Source: Bacteroidota bacterium
Lineage (GTDB): Bacteria > Bacteroidota > Bacteroidia > Bacteroidales > BM520
Assembly (NCBI GenBank): GCA_002748065.1
Contig: PDRJ01000026.1
Span: 5,770-69,769 of the forward strand
Length of the DNA: 64,000 nt
Direction: 5' to 3'
Under the pieces are notes generated by a model. That model saw nothing but the letters and a program-made list of their open reading frames with translations, was not told the origin of the DNA and did not search any database. Position 1 is the first letter of the stretch. Every line of letters starts with the position of its first letter. A program made the position numbers and the translations under genes. This document shows, piece by piece, positions 54,534 to 64,000 of the stretch.

Positions 54534-55576
54534 AAAAAAGCAGAAAAATTTACACGATAATTTTTTTATTACTCCTTGTTTTGGCAGGAGGTGTATTGCT
54601 TACCAATACAAGTACATCTCTCCGTAAGAGAGATACCGCCTTTTCCATTGCAGACACCTCCACTGTCACCAGGATTTTTTTGGCAGACAAACAGGGGCGA
54701 ACGGTTACACTCACCAAAAAACCGGGCTATTGGGATCTCAATGGCAAATATGAAGCCCATGAGGACAACGTGCGCATGCTTTTAAACACCATGCAGAAGG
54801 TCAGGGTCATGGAGCCCGTAAGCAATGCATCAAGAAATACGGTCATCAAACTCCTTGCAGCGGGGGGAACAAAAGTAGAGATCTATCAGATGAAGCCCCG
54901 CATCTCGTTAGGGGCTCTTCAACTCTTTCCCCGTGAGAAATGTACGAAAACCTATTATGTGGGCACTCACACCCAGGATAACCTGGGAACTTATATGCTA
55001 ATGGAGGGGGCGGAAGATCCCTACATCACCTACATCCCCGGCTTCAGGGGATTCATCGCTTCCCGGTATCATGCTCGGGAGATTGACTGGAGAAAGCATC
55101 TCATCTTCAGCACTCGACTTCCTCAGATCCAATCGCTCAGTGTCTCTTTTCCCGCATTACCGGAGGAGTCGTATAAAATCACCGCCCTCCAAGACCACCA
55201 GTATAAGATTACGGAACTCCTCCACCAAAAAGAGATCACCGATTTCAACAAAGAGAAGGTTATCGCCCTCCTCACCTCCTTTGAAAGAATCAACTTTGAA
55301 GCATTCATCACACACTATACGCCCCACGAAGTTGATTCCATTATTCACCAGGAGCCTTACTTTATCTTAACACTCACCGACAAAGCAGGAAAAGAGACGA
55401 CCCTCAGGAGCTATCGAAGGCCTGCTCTGAAAGGACAAAAAGAGTTTATTGGGGAGGAGATCACCTACGATGTGGACAAACTATATGCCATCGTCAACGA
55501 GGAAAAAGAGCTATTATTAATTCAGCATTATGTTTTCGACAAGATTACCCGGAGACTATCGTACCTGAAGCAATAA
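54530..55576 (+). CDS. DUF4340-domain protein (usual gldG downstream partner)
   Basis: Single N-terminal TM. ..FSIADTSTVTRIFLADKQGRTVTLTKK.GYWDLNGKYEA... The start overlaps the gldG stop (ATGA). Confidence 0.6.
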   Translation: MKKSRKIYTIIFLLLLVLAGGVLLTNTSTSLRKRDTAFSIADTSTVTRIFLADKQGRTVTLTKKPGYWDLNGKYEAHEDNVRMLLNTMQKVRVMEPVSNASRNTVIKLLAAGGTKVEIYQMKPRISLGALQLFPREKCTKTYYVGTHTQDNLGTYMLMEGAEDPYITYIPGFRGFIASRYHAREIDWRKHLIFSTRLPQIQSLSVSFPALPEESYKITALQDHQYKITELLHQKEITDFNKEKVIALLTSFERINFEAFITHYTPHEVDSIIHQEPYFILTLTDKAGKETTLRSYRRPALKGQKEFIGEEITYDVDKLYAIVNEEKELLLIQHYVFDKITRRLSYLKQ

Positions 55577-55595
55577 ATCCGATCCGGCGACTGTT

Positions 55596-56879
55596 ATGGA
55601 CACTGTATTAAAAAGCACAGGTAAACACCCTGAGCAATTACTTTTTCTTTTGCTGGCAGCCATTGGATTTTTCATTCCTCTTTACAGTCCCATGGCGCAT
55701 GGGTTAACCTATATCGTTTTTCTCTTTTTCATCCTTTTTATCATTCTGAGGAGAAAGGTTTTCCCTTCACCTCTCCCTAAAGCAAAGATACTCACACTTT
55801 TAGGAATCGGATTGTTTCTTTTAACCCTATGCTACCTATTTTTCACCCAAAACAAAAAAGAGGTTTATATACAGCTGGACCAATTTACGGCTATTTTAGT
55901 CTTTCCGCTCTTACTCCTCATTATACCCTCCCGGCAATCCTTCACCAAACCCCTTTATTGGATCACTAACCTTTTTGTCTTAGGCACCCTTCTCTCCACC
56001 TTAAAACTCTTTATACAAGCGCTATATCGCTATCAAGAGAGTGGTGATATAGTTGAACTCTACTATATCAACTTAGGAAACGGGATCCATCCCTCCTACA
56101 TGTCAATCATGGTACTTCTCTCCCTCGCCATTTTACTGGAACGGCCACTTTTCGCAAAAAGAAAAGAGGGATCAACAAGCCTTCTATATCAACTACCGTT
56201 AATCATCTGGCTACTCCTTTTTAACACCCTGTTGGCATCAAAAGCGGGGATTCTCACGGAGGTAATCATCCTTATGTTATACATCGTCAAATCATTACTT
56301 CACCGGCGTTATGTAAAAGCTTTTGCCATCGGGATTTTGACCACGTTCTTTACAGCAACAATTCCATTTCTATTCCCCTTTACCAAAGAACGGATTCTTC
56401 AATTTAACGAATCGATCTCATCCTCCAGAGAGGCAAAACGTATTGCTGAGCTTGATCAAATGGAAAACTCCAGGGTTGTTGGATGGAGAGTGGCAATTCA
56501 ATTGATCAAAAAGCATCCCCTTTGGGGGGTAGGTCCTGGCGACATCGGGCCACTTATCAACGAGGCATCAGAAAAAAGATACCGTGTAACGGACGGATTT
56601 CGAAATCCTCATAATCAATACCTCCAGACTTGGCTTGAGCAAGGATTACTTGGACTCATCATCTTAATCTCCATAGGAATAATCTCCCTTATCATGGCCT
56701 TACAGGATAGGAACTACCTCCATATGGCCTTCTTAATCCTACTCTTCTCCCACATGCTTTTTGAATCTATCCTGGAGCGAAGGTTGGGAATTATCACCTT
56801 CTCTTTCTGGAACAGTCTCTTCTGGATAAAAAATCTCTCTGGAAAGAGGAGGGACATACCAGTGGAGCGAAAAACGTAA
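55596..56879 (+). CDS. O-antigen ligase / Wzy_C-family polytopic membrane protein
   Basis: About 10 or more TM helices with a periplasmic loop ..GWRVAIQLIKKHPLWGVGPGD...RNPHNQYLQTWLEQG.. typical of the O-antigen ligase family. Confidence 0.7.
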   Translation: MDTVLKSTGKHPEQLLFLLLAAIGFFIPLYSPMAHGLTYIVFLFFILFIILRRKVFPSPLPKAKILTLLGIGLFLLTLCYLFFTQNKKEVYIQLDQFTAILVFPLLLLIIPSRQSFTKPLYWITNLFVLGTLLSTLKLFIQALYRYQESGDIVELYYINLGNGIHPSYMSIMVLLSLAILLERPLFAKRKEGSTSLLYQLPLIIWLLLFNTLLASKAGILTEVIILMLYIVKSLLHRRYVKAFAIGILTTFFTATIPFLFPFTKERILQFNESISSSREAKRIAELDQMENSRVVGWRVAIQLIKKHPLWGVGPGDIGPLINEASEKRYRVTDGFRNPHNQYLQTWLEQGLLGLIILISIGIISLIMALQDRNYLHMAFLILLFSHMLFESILERRLGIITFSFWNSLFWIKNLSGKRRDIPVERKT

Positions 56880-56883
56880 AGCA

Positions 56884-57813
56884 CTATATGCGTTTCAATG
56901 AGTCCCAGAGTGTCTGAATAAACAGAGGATGGGCCTTCGGAATGGCTATACGGGAGAGATGAGTGACCTGCGAATGATCTTGATAACGGGTCAACAGGCG
57001 AAGATCCAAATCGTATTTCGTCTCTAAACATTCGGTTGTAAAACTCACGGGAAGGATGACGATCTCCCCATATCCTTCAGCAATCAAACGCTCCATATAA
57101 TCCTCCACATGGGGCTCCAACCATTTCATGGGACCTATTTTTGATTGGTAGGCAATGCGGTATTCCAACCCAAGACTCCCTGCTAGCATTGCACACACTT
57201 TTTCAACAACGATGGGATAGTCATCTCCTTTTTTAACCTGCCTCAATGGAATGGAGTGAGCCACACAAAGGAGTAGCGGCCTTTTCACCGGTAGAGCCGA
57301 CAGATGCTCCCGTACCACATCGTTCAGATAGGCCATATAGGAGGGGCTAAGAGCATAAGAGGGGGCAAAAAAAAGTTGGTTAAACTGACACTGTTTTTGT
57401 GCCCGTAAAACATCTGCTTTTATGGATTCGGTGGTCGCCATGCTCTCTTGAGGGTACATATTCAGGATATAGAGGCAATCAATCCCCTTTTTCTTCAAGG
57501 CTTTCATCCGCTCCTCGATGGTAGGCTGCACATAAGAGTATGCGGTAAACACCTCCATCCCTGCCATACCCGCCAATGCTTCTGCTGTTTTCTCCGTATC
57601 CTCTATCAAAGGGGATCCTCCCACCAACTGGTATCTTTTCCATGAAACGCGATAACGCAACAGGCTTATCAAGCGCCCCAACAACAACCTCAAGAGAGCA
57701 GGAAGGGGAAGGATCGCTCGATCTTTAAACATGGCCAACAAAAAAGATTTTGTCTCCTCCTCAGAGCGAGGTGTTCCCATATTTACCAAAAGTACCGCGG
57801 TTTGTTTTTTCAT
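56884..57813 (-). CDS. hemH: Ferrochelatase
   Basis: ..TAVLLVNMGTPRSEEETKSFLLAMFKDRAILPLP...YQLVGGSPL.. and ..VAHSIP... The start is moved to the ATG at 57813. Confidence 0.8.
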   Translation of the reverse strand: MKKQTAVLLVNMGTPRSEEETKSFLLAMFKDRAILPLPALLRLLLGRLISLLRYRVSWKRYQLVGGSPLIEDTEKTAEALAGMAGMEVFTAYSYVQPTIEERMKALKKKGIDCLYILNMYPQESMATTESIKADVLRAQKQCQFNQLFFAPSYALSPSYMAYLNDVVREHLSALPVKRPLLLCVAHSIPLRQVKKGDDYPIVVEKVCAMLAGSLGLEYRIAYQSKIGPMKWLEPHVEDYMERLIAEGYGEIVILPVSFTTECLETKYDLDLRLLTRYQDHSQVTHLSRIAIPKAHPLFIQTLWDSLKRI

Positions 57814-57946
57814 TGACCATCTTACTACTGGCATGTGGAGAGCATCATCAAGACAAGTACCACAATCACATCTGTTCTATATAACTCCACACCTTATGAA
57901 TTGTTCTCCTACGTTAAGACTTTCTGGAAAAAAAGGTTATCCAGAG

Positions 57947-58100
57947 TCCATCGATAAAGGCCGACCTCTTTGTGATGCTTGCTTTCAAAAATCGTACAAA
58001 AAGATTGTTTACCTCCGTAAGCGCCCCTATTTCAGCCTTCACAAGCCTCAGATTCGAACGTTCTACACAAACTCTTCTCAAAACGCTAACTTTATAGGCA
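57947..58100 (-). repeat. MITE-like repeat, degenerate full-length copy D (same orientation as C)
   Basis: ..ataaaggccgacctctttgtgatgcttgctttcaaaaa...gcgcccctatttcagccttcacaagcctcagattcgaacgttctacacaaactcttctcaaaacgctaactttataggca aligns with copy C, with substitutions and a small insertion. Confidence 0.75.
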
Positions 58101-58195
58101 GCCTATCTGTCGATAAAAAGTTACATAAAAGGTCCTATTCATCGCTTTTTTGCTTACCTTTATACCTTGAGAAGTATTCATTTACAAATGCAACC

Positions 58196-60898
58196 ATGCG
58201 ACTTTTTTTCAATATTCGATATCATACCGTCTGGGGAGAATCTCTCATTTTGACCATAGAAAACAGCACGTTCTCAGGAAACAGCGAGCGTCACCAAATA
58301 CGAATGCGCTACAATGAACACCTAGGAGATTGGCAGACCTCCTACACGCTGCGAGGCAACAGTTGTAACCTACGATACCATTACCACCTGGAATCTTCGG
58401 GAAAACTGCTTTCCGAGGCCGGAGAAATGCGCACACTGCTCCTCACTGAAAGCAAAACCAAAGAGGTCTATATTCGTGACTTCTGGCGTACACCGGAAGG
58501 CCTAAACAGGATTATGAACACCAAACTCTTCACCCAGGCGTTTGCGCGCAAGGCAAAACCCGTTAAATGGCAACCCAAACGTCAAAAGCTCTTACTCTCC
58601 ACTTATGCCCCTGATGTTCCTAAAGATTGTGTGGTAGCCATTTCGGGAAATCAGCAACAGTTGGGGTATTGGAACTCCGCAACTCCGTTGGTAATGAAAG
58701 CCACTCCGAACGGGATGTGGGAAACGGAGATTGACCTCTCAGAGATCGAGATCCCTTTACAATTCAAATATTGCCTGTTTCACAAGAAAAACAAGCGAAT
58801 CCACACTTGGGAAACGGGGATCAACCGTCATCTCTATCATTTCACCCCCACCGATGAGAAACAGGCTATTCTTTTTAATGATACGCCCTTTCGGTATCCC
58901 GAAGAGTGGAAAGGAGCCGGGGTGGCCATTCCTGTTTTCTCATTACGGAGCAGAGAGGGGTGCGGTGTAGGAGAGTTCCACGATTTAAAAGCACTAGCCG
59001 ATTGGTGTGCCCAAACCGATCTCAAGTTGATACAGATCCTTCCCATCAATGAAACGGTTGCTTCACACACTTGGCTCGACTCCTATCCCTACAAGGCCAT
59101 CTCCGTGGTTGCACTACATCCTATGTACCTCCACATTGAGGATCTTGGTAGTTTTAAAACGGCAGAGGATCAGGCTCAATTTGAGGCTCTCAAAGCGGAA
59201 CTCAACGCCAAAGAGTCGGTGGATTATGTGCGCATGATGGAGATCAAATCCCACTATTACAAATATTTTTATGATCTCAACAAAGCCACCTTCTTAAAAA
59301 GCCAACGGTTCCGAAGATTTTTTAACCGCAACAAGGAGTGGCTCGTACCCTATGCGGTCTTTTCATGCCTTCGTGACCGCTACCAAACAGCCGATTTCCG
59401 ACAATGGGATCTTTTTCGCACGTTTGATAGAAAGTCGGTAGAGGCCTTTGCCGATCCATTGTCTCAGGATTATGATGATATTGCTATCCATTACTACATT
59501 CAATACCACTTGGACCTTCAACTTAGAGAGGCCGTAACCTATCTTCACCGCAAGGGAATCGGACTAAAAGGAGACCTCCCCATCGGCATTTCGCGCAATA
59601 GTGTAGATGCGTGGATTGCCCCGGAGCTCTTCAACCTGGACGGACAGGCCGGTGCGCCACCTGACGATTTCTCCCTGGAGGGACAAAACTGGGGCTTCCC
59701 CACCTACCGGTGGGATGTGATGGCTCAGGATGGCTATGCCTGGTGGAAAAGCCGATTAGCCACCATGGCAAAATATTTCGATGCTTATCGCATAGATCAT
59801 ATTCTGGGCTTCTTTCGTATTTGGGTCATTCCCATAGAGTCCACACAAGGACTTATGGGTTACTTCCACCCCGCCATACCCTTAACACGAAAGGAACTTT
59901 ATCAAGCAGGCCTTGAATTGGATGATGAACGCTTTCTTCGCCCCTACATCCGCAGGTGGTATTTAGGTAATCTTTTCGGAGAGTATACGGAAGAGGTCAT
60001 CGACACCTATCTGGATCCCATGGAAGAGGATGCTTTCGCCCTGAAAGAGGCCTACGACACCCAACGAAAAATCACCGATTATTTCGCGGGAAAGAGAGAC
60101 GACTATCAAGTGGATGGGAAAAGAACCCGTATCCGTGAAGGATTGCTAACGCTCTGTACAGAGGTTCTTTTTATCCGTGACCCTCACGCTGTAGGGGCTT
60201 TCCATCCGCGCATTACGCTTCAATACACACACAGCTACCAAGCGCTGGATGAGAGGCAGAAAAAAGTCATTAATCAGATCTATAACGACTACTACTATCA
60301 TCGTCACAAGGATTTCTGGCGCAACCATGCCATGCGGCAACTCCCTCCATTGATAAACGCATCACAAATGCTTGTATGTGGGGAAGATCTAGGAATGATT
60401 CCCGACTCCGTACCCGAAGTTATGCGCAAATTAGGGATTCTGAGCCTGGAAATTCAACGGATGCCCAAAGATCCTTCACAGGAGTTTGCTCATCCCTCTA
60501 ACTATTCTTATTATGCTGTGGCTAGCCCTTCCACCCACGACATGTCAACGATCCGTGGTTGGTGGGAAGAGAACCCCACCAAAACACAACGCTTCTACCA
60601 TCACATACTGGGAGATCACGGCGAAGTCCCTCACTTTTGTGAACCATGGGTGGCAAAGGAGATTATTGAACAGCACCTTTATGCCCCTTCCATCCTCACC
60701 ATTTTCCCCATTCAGGATATTTTGGCGATGGATGGCCGTCTCCGATGGGAAAAGACACACGAAGAGCGCATCAACATACCCAACAATCCATTGCACCTGT
60801 GGCGTTATCGCATGAAGCAATCCCTGGAGAGCCTTATGGAGGCTGATGAGTTCAACCAATTACTACGGAAAATGATCCACGACGCGAAACGCTCATGA
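58196..60898 (+). CDS. malQ: 4-alpha-glucanotransferase (GH77 amylomaltase) with N-terminal starch-binding-like domains
   Basis: The N-terminus has two CBM20-like beta modules (MRLFFNIRYHTVWGESL.., ..VAISGNQQQLGYWNS..). GH77 motifs are ..GVAIPVFSLRS..GCGVGEF.DL.., ..YRIDHILGFFRIW.. and ..CGEDLGMIP.. The start is set at the ATG at 58196, because the upstream 155 codons of the ORF read through a repeat copy. Confidence 0.88.
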   Translation: MRLFFNIRYHTVWGESLILTIENSTFSGNSERHQIRMRYNEHLGDWQTSYTLRGNSCNLRYHYHLESSGKLLSEAGEMRTLLLTESKTKEVYIRDFWRTPEGLNRIMNTKLFTQAFARKAKPVKWQPKRQKLLLSTYAPDVPKDCVVAISGNQQQLGYWNSATPLVMKATPNGMWETEIDLSEIEIPLQFKYCLFHKKNKRIHTWETGINRHLYHFTPTDEKQAILFNDTPFRYPEEWKGAGVAIPVFSLRSREGCGVGEFHDLKALADWCAQTDLKLIQILPINETVASHTWLDSYPYKAISVVALHPMYLHIEDLGSFKTAEDQAQFEALKAELNAKESVDYVRMMEIKSHYYKYFYDLNKATFLKSQRFRRFFNRNKEWLVPYAVFSCLRDRYQTADFRQWDLFRTFDRKSVEAFADPLSQDYDDIAIHYYIQYHLDLQLREAVTYLHRKGIGLKGDLPIGISRNSVDAWIAPELFNLDGQAGAPPDDFSLEGQNWGFPTYRWDVMAQDGYAWWKSRLATMAKYFDAYRIDHILGFFRIWVIPIESTQGLMGYFHPAIPLTRKELYQAGLELDDERFLRPYIRRWYLGNLFGEYTEEVIDTYLDPMEEDAFALKEAYDTQRKITDYFAGKRDDYQVDGKRTRIREGLLTLCTEVLFIRDPHAVGAFHPRITLQYTHSYQALDERQKKVINQIYNDYYYHRHKDFWRNHAMRQLPPLINASQMLVCGEDLGMIPDSVPEVMRKLGILSLEIQRMPKDPSQEFAHPSNYSYYAVASPSTHDMSTIRGWWEENPTKTQRFYHHILGDHGEVPHFCEPWVAKEIIEQHLYAPSILTIFPIQDILAMDGRLRWEKTHEERINIPNNPLHLWRYRMKQSLESLMEADEFNQLLRKMIHDAKRS

Positions 60899-61005
60899 TA
60901 TCGTGAAAAGAAGAACATAAGCCTATAAGCAGATAGGCCCAACCCAAAAATAATGACCTCTTCTCTGATCCAAAACTTGGATTATGCGTACATTTGGCGG
61001 CTGAA

Positions 61006-63441
61006 ATGAACAATTCCATGCAACTTAAACGATTTAACAGGCATTTTCTTTTGGCGCTATTCCTCCTTTCCCTCTCCCTAACATACATGAGTAGTGCCAT
61101 TTTCGCACAATCGGGGAGCATCAAAGGACAAGTATTAGACGAAGGGAGCAATGAGCCCATTCCGTTGGCAAACATTATCATTACAGATACCCAAGTAGGC
61201 TGTACCAGTGATTTTGAAGGAAATTTTATCCTCAAGGAGGTTCCTCCCGGTTTTCATCGGCTAAGAGCCAGTGTCCTGGGATACAAGGGCAGCATTACAG
61301 AGACCATTGAAGTTGTCCCCAATAAAACCCTAAATATTGAGATCTATCTCACCAAACAAACGTATAAACTGGATGAAGTTGTGATCAAGGCTTCTCCCTT
61401 CAAACGCAAAGAGGAGAGTCCGGTTTCCATGCGTTCATTGGGCATCAGTGAAATTGATAAGACTCCCGGGGGAAACAGAGACATCTCCAAAGTTATTCAA
61501 GCGCTACCCGGTGTCTCTTCTTCCGTAGGCAGTTCATTTCGCAACGATCTAATTGTACGGGGAGGAGGACCTTCTGAGAATGTTTTCTTCATTGATGGGA
61601 TTGAGATTCCAAACCTGAATCACTTTGCAACACAAGGAGCCTCCGGAGGACCCGTAGGAATCATCAATGCGGATTTTGTCAGTGCCCTGGATTTCTATTC
61701 CGGAGCCTTCCCGGCCTTTGCAGGCGAAGCATTAAGCTCCGTGTTAGACTTCAAGATGGTCAGTGGAAACGAAACAAGTTTCAAATATAAAGGCTCCGTG
61801 GGTGCTTCCGATCTATCGCTTACGGCTGATGGGCCCCTATCGAAGCGAACTACGGCCATCTTCTCTGTAAGAAGATCCTATCTAAAATTCCTCTTCAACC
61901 TACTGGGGCTTCCTTTTCTCCCCACATACAACGATTACCAGTGCAAAATCAAGACGAAGATCAACAAAAAGAATGAATTCACCTTCCTCAGCCTGGGAGC
62001 TCTGGATCACTTTAAGCTGAACACAAAACTTGACGATCCCTCAGAGGTTCAACGCTTTATTCTTAACTCCATCCCCACCAATAATCAATGGAGTTATATG
62101 ATTGGAGGGATCTACAAACACTTTCGGAAAAGGGGCTATAGCAAGCTAGTAGTAAGCCGAAATATGTTGAGCAACAACCTCATCAAATACAAAGACAACG
62201 ATGAGAGTGATGAAGAGAATCGACAGATTGACATTCAATCATGGGAAATTGAAAATAAAATCAGACTTGAACACCTCACAAGGGTTTCCGGTTTTAAGAT
62301 AAATTATGGCGTTGGATATGAACACAGTCTGTACCGATACCGTATGTACCAAAAGATCATTGTCAACGACCGGGTTATGAAGAAGAATACAGAACACCAG
62401 ATGCGACTAAACTCATGGGGTTTATTTGGTCAGGTCAGTAAAGGATTCTTTAATGAACGAGCCGTTCTCTCCGTAGGGCTAAGAGCTGATGCCAATGACT
62501 ATTCCAAGACCATGATCAACTTATTCCATCAACTCTCACCCCGGTTAAGCTTTTCGTATGCTCTTTCAGAGCAGTGGTTTCTCAACATGAACATGGGGCG
62601 GTATTACAAACGTCCTGAATATACCACTTTAGGATACAAGAGTCGAAATGGAAGACTGGTCAACAAAGATAATGAGATCAAGTATATTGCTTCCAATCAC
62701 TATGTGGCGGGGATAGAGTGGCAACCCTTGGAAAATGCAAAAATCACCGGGGAGTTCTTTTACAAAACTTACCACCACTACCCCTTCTCGGTAGCAGATC
62801 GTATCTCGCTAAGCAACAAAGGGGGAGATTTCGGGATTGTGGGTGCAGAAGAGGTGCTATCCATAGGAGAAGGACGCTCTTACGGCTTTGAGTTGTTTAC
62901 GCGGCTACCCTCTTACAAAACATTTAATATGGTCCTCTCTTATACGTTCGTGCGCAGCGAATTTAAGGATGAAGAGGAGAAATTTATTCCCGCCTTATGG
63001 GATAATCGACACATTGTAAACTTCACCCTAATGAAAGCATTCAAACACAACTGGGATGCAGGTATTAAATGGCGTTACGTAGGTGGTACCCCCTACACAC
63101 CCTACGATATGGAGAAGTCACAACTCATCAGATACTGGGATATCCGCAACCAACCTTATCTGGACTACTCACGGTTCAACACACTTCGCCTCAGCCCGTT
63201 TCACCAATTGGATGTTCGTATAGATAAGACCTTCTATTTCGAAAAGTGGGAATTAGGATTTTACATTGATGTTCAAAACGTCTACAACTTTAAAGGAGAG
63301 ACACCCGACTACCTAACCAATCTGGATGAAAATGGAGTAGTGCTCATTGATCCTAATAACCCGGAACAGTACCAATTACGAAGGTTAAAAAGCTCCACGG
63401 GTACCATCTTACCCTCCATCGGGATCAAGGTTGCTTTCTAA
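61006..63441 (+). CDS. TonB-dependent receptor with N-terminal carboxypeptidase-regulatory-like domain
   Basis: Signal peptide ..YMSSAIFAQ. ..GSIKGQVLDEGSNEPIPLANIIITDTQVGCTSDFEGNFILKEVPPG.., plug-like ..ALPGVSSS...LIVRGGGPSENVFFIDGIEI.., and a barrel ending ..PSIGIKVAF. Confidence 0.85.
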   Translation: MNNSMQLKRFNRHFLLALFLLSLSLTYMSSAIFAQSGSIKGQVLDEGSNEPIPLANIIITDTQVGCTSDFEGNFILKEVPPGFHRLRASVLGYKGSITETIEVVPNKTLNIEIYLTKQTYKLDEVVIKASPFKRKEESPVSMRSLGISEIDKTPGGNRDISKVIQALPGVSSSVGSSFRNDLIVRGGGPSENVFFIDGIEIPNLNHFATQGASGGPVGIINADFVSALDFYSGAFPAFAGEALSSVLDFKMVSGNETSFKYKGSVGASDLSLTADGPLSKRTTAIFSVRRSYLKFLFNLLGLPFLPTYNDYQCKIKTKINKKNEFTFLSLGALDHFKLNTKLDDPSEVQRFILNSIPTNNQWSYMIGGIYKHFRKRGYSKLVVSRNMLSNNLIKYKDNDESDEENRQIDIQSWEIENKIRLEHLTRVSGFKINYGVGYEHSLYRYRMYQKIIVNDRVMKKNTEHQMRLNSWGLFGQVSKGFFNERAVLSVGLRADANDYSKTMINLFHQLSPRLSFSYALSEQWFLNMNMGRYYKRPEYTTLGYKSRNGRLVNKDNEIKYIASNHYVAGIEWQPLENAKITGEFFYKTYHHYPFSVADRISLSNKGGDFGIVGAEEVLSIGEGRSYGFELFTRLPSYKTFNMVLSYTFVRSEFKDEEEKFIPALWDNRHIVNFTLMKAFKHNWDAGIKWRYVGGTPYTPYDMEKSQLIRYWDIRNQPYLDYSRFNTLRLSPFHQLDVRIDKTFYFEKWELGFYIDVQNVYNFKGETPDYLTNLDENGVVLIDPNNPEQYQLRRLKSSTGTILPSIGIKVAF

Positions 63442-63442
63442 G

Positions 63443-64000
63443 CTATTCATTCAACTTCTCTTTAATACGAGAGGATAAAATATCAATGGCTATTTTGTTC
63501 GCACCTCCCTGGGGAATAATGAGGTCGGCATAACGTTTTGTGGGTTCAATAAATGTCTGATGCATTGGTTTCACCCACATCTCATAGTGGGAAAGAACAT
63601 CGCTGTAGCTTCGCCCCCGGTCGCGAATATCACGATGGATAATTCGCATCAGTCGGTCATCGGAATCAGCGTCCACATAAACTTTTACATCCAATCGTTT
63701 ACAAAGCTCCTGATCCGTAAAGATCAGGATTCCCTCCACGATTACCACACGGCGAGGAGAGAGGGGAAGCGTCTCTTTAGAACGCGCACACGTCACATAG
63801 GAGTATATGGGTCGCTGCACGGTATGTCCTTGAGCCAAGGCGTCCAGATGTTGATTCAAAAGGCTAAACTCAATGGAGTCGGGATGATCAAAATTAATCC
63901 GTCTTTTCTCCTCTGGTGTAAGATGCCCTTTATCCCTATAATAAAAATCTTGAGAGATCACAGATACCGAATCCTTGGGTAGGCGTTTAACCAACTCTCT
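63443..64000 (-). CDS. udk: Uridine kinase; the N-terminus lies beyond the window end
   Basis: ..VISQDFYYRD...INFDHPDSIEFSLL..HL..L..G..V..P.YSY.....S.......P..VVIVEGILIF...DVKVYVDADSDDRL.RIIHRDI..RGRS.. The frame is open to base 64000. Confidence 0.9.
   Translation of the reverse strand, partial: RELVKRLPKDSVSVISQDFYYRDKGHLTPEEKRRINFDHPDSIEFSLLNQHLDALAQGHTVQRPIYSYVTCARSKETLPLSPRRVVIVEGILIFTDQELCKRLDVKVYVDADSDDRLMRIIHRDIRDRGRSYSDVLSHYEMWVKPMHQTFIEPTKRYADLIIPQGGANKIAIDILSSRIKEKLNE

Noticed and set aside
1-64000. Search by eye for rRNA, tRNA, tmRNA, CRISPR arrays, transposases, integrases, phage or defence-system genes
   Set aside because: Nothing was recognisable. The intergenic regions are short or occupied by the repeat family. 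tRNAscan and Infernal would be needed to exclude small RNA genes formally.

Overview
This is a Bacteroidota-type chromosomal segment. Markers are a T9SS cargo protein, GldF/GldG, the uppS-bamA-ompH-ompH block and an archaeal-type ProRS. It carries about 50 protein genes, mostly housekeeping: proS, mazG, queA, tatC, nadK, uppS, bamA, rpmB, purC, phoH, hemH, malQ and udk. I recognised no rRNA, tRNA, CRISPR array, prophage or transposase by eye. All calls rest on reading the supplied ORF translations and the DNA; no searches or computations were run.

The strongest candidate for an undescribed system is a tight five-gene minus-strand operon at 23670-29023. All five products carry Sec signal peptides. 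Three are small paralogous proteins sharing a C-terminal YTLxD strand. One is a 271-aa protein with two beta-sandwich-like halves. One is a 926-aa outer-membrane barrel with extra N- and C-terminal soluble domains. The gene order mimics a chaperone-usher pilus operon. By eye, the small proteins and the 271-aa partner instead recall Firmicute WxL / DUF916-DUF3324 surface clusters. They fit neither type V pili (no lipobox) nor T9SS cargo (no C-terminal sorting domain). A terminator-like hairpin follows the first subunit gene, and a heptanucleotide repeat tract lies just downstream of the operon.

Other points worth a second look:
- A roughly 141-bp MITE-like repeat family with 13-bp terminal inverted repeats has at least four full copies. 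Two 27-bp perfectly inverted partial copies bracket an alpha/beta-hydrolase gene.
- A lipoprotein has an extremely Tyr/Gly/Trp-rich core and a Ser/Arg-rich tail.
- A receiver-domain protein is fused to a PPDK-type ATP-grasp domain and sits behind a structured spacer with two terminator-like hairpins.
- An adaptor-permease-TolC efflux operon has no ATPase gene.
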